DNA of 64,000 nt from Squalus acanthias (lineage: Eukaryota). The stretch spans positions 1 to 64,000 of the forward strand of contig JASTWF010000328.1 in assembly GCA_030390025.1 (NCBI GenBank), given 5' to 3'. Shown in pieces: positions 61,683 to 64,000 of the stretch. The notes beneath the pieces are model-generated. The model worked only from the letters and a program-made list of their open reading frames with translations, was not told the origin of the DNA and searched no databases. The translations under genes were made by a program, and so were the position numbers. Every line of letters begins with the position of its first letter. The first letter of the stretch is position 1.

Positions 61683-61739
61683 TGTAAAAGGAGTTTCCAA
61701 AAGCCATGACTGTGAGTCCGGGATAGAAATTGCCAAGAT

Positions 61740-62200
61740 TCTCTCCTCCTGGTTCCTGGCCAAGGGGGCCGCGCATGCGCCCTGCTGCCCCCTGAGCCTG
61801 TCCAGATGGCGGCCGTTAAACCGGGCCTGTCACCGAGAGAAAGCCCAGCAGCTGCCGCCCCGCTCGGGGCAAACGCCCGGCCCGGAGGCTGTTGTTCGGG
61901 GCCTGAGGCCCACCCCGGGTGTTTGTGAAGCGGATAATGTTGAGTGTTTTAATAATGGGGCCTGGGGCCGCACTCGGGGTGTGTGCAGCCCGCGTCCCCC
62001 CGGAGTTTAATAACCCGCTCCCTGAGCTCTCTCACTGATGTGTCAGCGGCTGCTGCCAAGGTCCGCGCATGCTCAGCTCACACTGCCCGGGTGATTGACG
62101 GGAGCTCCGGACCAATAGAAGAGTGGGGCGGGGCTGGAGGACCGAGCGGGCGGCGGGTCCTCCAACTAATGGCGGTGCAGCAAGGGGGCGGGGCCTGGTG
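61740..62200 (-). promoter_or_regulatory. Putative promoter and first exon of ZNF K (one arm plus partial core)
   Basis: Reverse complement of ~8295-8720. Confidence 0.7.
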
Positions 62201-62464
62201 AGCAGCTCAGGTGCGCTGGGGCCGATTGTGACGCGCTGTCCCCAGGTGAGAGCAGCTCAGTCAGCACAGAGCTGGGGCTGGAATCTGGGAGAGGGGCCAC
62301 AGTCAGCGGGCCTGGCAAAGGGCCAGAGCGACAGCAGCTTCACTAAAGAAGATTATTTAAAGACAAATTCCTGTAGTTTTAGAGACAGCCCTGGTCACTG
62401 CAATAATTTCTTAAATGTTTAATAATTAAATCAAAAGCATCAAAAAGGAAGAGTAGCAAAAGTA

Positions 62465-62936
62465 AAGAAAGAAGAAAGACTTGCATTTATATAGCGCCAT
62501 TCACGACCACCGGACGTCTCAAAGCTCTTTACAGCCAATGAAGTACTTTTTGAAGTGGAGTCATTGTTGTAATGTGGGAAACACAGCAGCCAATTTGCGC
62601 TCAGCAAGCTCCCACAAACAGCAATGTGATAATGACCAGATAATCTGTTTTTGTTATGTTGGTTGAGGGATAAATATTGGCCAGGACACTGGGGAGAACT
62701 CACCTACTCTTCTTCGAAATAGTGCCATGGGATCTTTTACATCCACCTGAGAGGGCAGACGGGGCCTCGGTTTAACGTCTCATCCGAAAGACGGCACCTC
62801 TGACAGTGCAGCACTCCCTCAGCACTGCACTGGAGTGTCAACCTAGCTTTATGTGCTCAAGTCCCATGGAGCGGGACTTGAACCCACAACCCTTTGACTG
62901 AGAGACGAGTGTGCTACCAACTGAGCCATAGCTGAC
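62465..62936 (-). mobile_element. tRNA-derived Deu-domain SINE (SacSINE1-like)
   Basis: A-box and B-box (ggttcaagtcc) on the minus strand; same body as the other two copies. Confidence 0.87.
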
Positions 62937-62944
62937 GTTGGTCC

Positions 62945-64000
62945 CTTAGAGGTACAGACACGAGAAATTATTATGGGGAATAAGGAAATGGCAGAAACGT
63001 AGAAGACACAAAAGCATACCAAAGATGGTGGGGAACCGAGGGTCTAATGAGGGTGAGGAACTTAATGTAATTAATATAAGTACCAGAGTACTAGAGAAAC
63101 GAATGGTACTAAAAGCTGACAAATCCCCTGGACCTGACGGCCTACATCCTAGGGTTCTAAAAGAGGTGGCTGAAGAGATAGTGGATGCATTGGTTTTGAT
63201 CTTCCAAAATTCCCTAGATTTTGGAACGGTCCCAGCGAATTGGATGGTCGCAAATGTAACACCGCTATTCAAGAAAGGAGGGAGTGAAAAAACAGGGAAC
63301 GACAGGCCAGTTAGCCTGACATCAGTCATTGGGAAAATGCTGGAATCCATTGTTACGGAAGTGGTATCAGGGCACTTAGAAAATCATAACATGATTAGAC
63401 AGAGTCAACATGGTTTTATGAAAGGGAAATCATGTTTGAGTTTTTTGAGGATGTAACTAGCAGGGTAGATAAAGGGGAGTCAGTGGATGTAGTATATTTG
63501 GATTTCCAAAAGGCATTCGATAAGGTGCCACATAAAAGGTTATTACACAAGATTAGGGCTCACGGGGTTGGGGGTAATATAGTAGCTTGGATAGAGGATT
63601 GGTTAACGGACAGAAAACAGAGAGTAGGGATAAACTGATCTTTTTCAGGTTGGCAGGCTGTAACTAGTGGGGTGCCGCAAGGATCAGTGTTGGGGCCTCA
63701 GCTATTTACAATCTATATTAATGACCTAGATGAAGGGACCGAGTGTAATGTATCCAAGTTTGCTGATGATACAAAGCTAGGTGGGACAGTAAGCTGTGAG
63801 GAGAACACAAAGAGTCTGCAAAGGGATATAGATAGACTGAGTGAGTGGGCTGTAAGGTGGCAGATGGAGTATAATGTAGGGAAATGTGAGGTTATTCACT
63901 TTGGTAGGAAGAATAGAAAAACAGAATATTTTTTAAATGGTGAGACACTTTCAAATGTCGGTGTTCAGAGAGATTTGGGTGTCCTCGTGCAAGAAACACA
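62945..64000 (+). mobile_element. CR1 LINE ORF2 (RT region), runs off the window
   Basis: DKSPGPDGLHP, DFQKAFD and [10 protein letters not shown] motifs. Very similar to 590-1587. Confidence 0.92.

Overview
Vertebrate genomic DNA, most likely a cartilaginous fish. This is inferred from tRNA/Deu-domain SINEs resembling SacSINE1, dense CR1 LINEs and a 67-bp repeat I recognise from shark genomes. The window is a tandem C2H2 zinc-finger (ZNF) gene cluster with 11 loci, labelled A-K from left to right. D, G and I have intact ATG-initiated ORFs; C and J have intact ORFs with ACG where G has ATG; A, B, E, F, H and K are disrupted. No KRAB, SCAN or BTB domain is visible. Most genes sit head-to-head on shared CpG-rich promoter cassettes, amid nested retroelements (CR1, RTE, L2, Penelope-like, SINEs, one solo LTR) and many minisatellites. 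Main observations: (1) a perfect 131-bp inverted repeat brackets a promoter core that lies in opposite orientation in two paralogous cassettes; (2) one subfamily shares in-frame TGA codons at DNA-contacting finger positions, followed by a start site that varies ATG/ACG/ACA; (3) three different same-frame deletions hit one finger linker; (4) a full-length two-ORF CR1 with a monomer-array 5' end and 6-bp TSD sits inside a ZNF exon; (5) paralogs D and I have near-identical flanks but divergent recognition helices. Coordinates were read by eye and may be off by a few bases.
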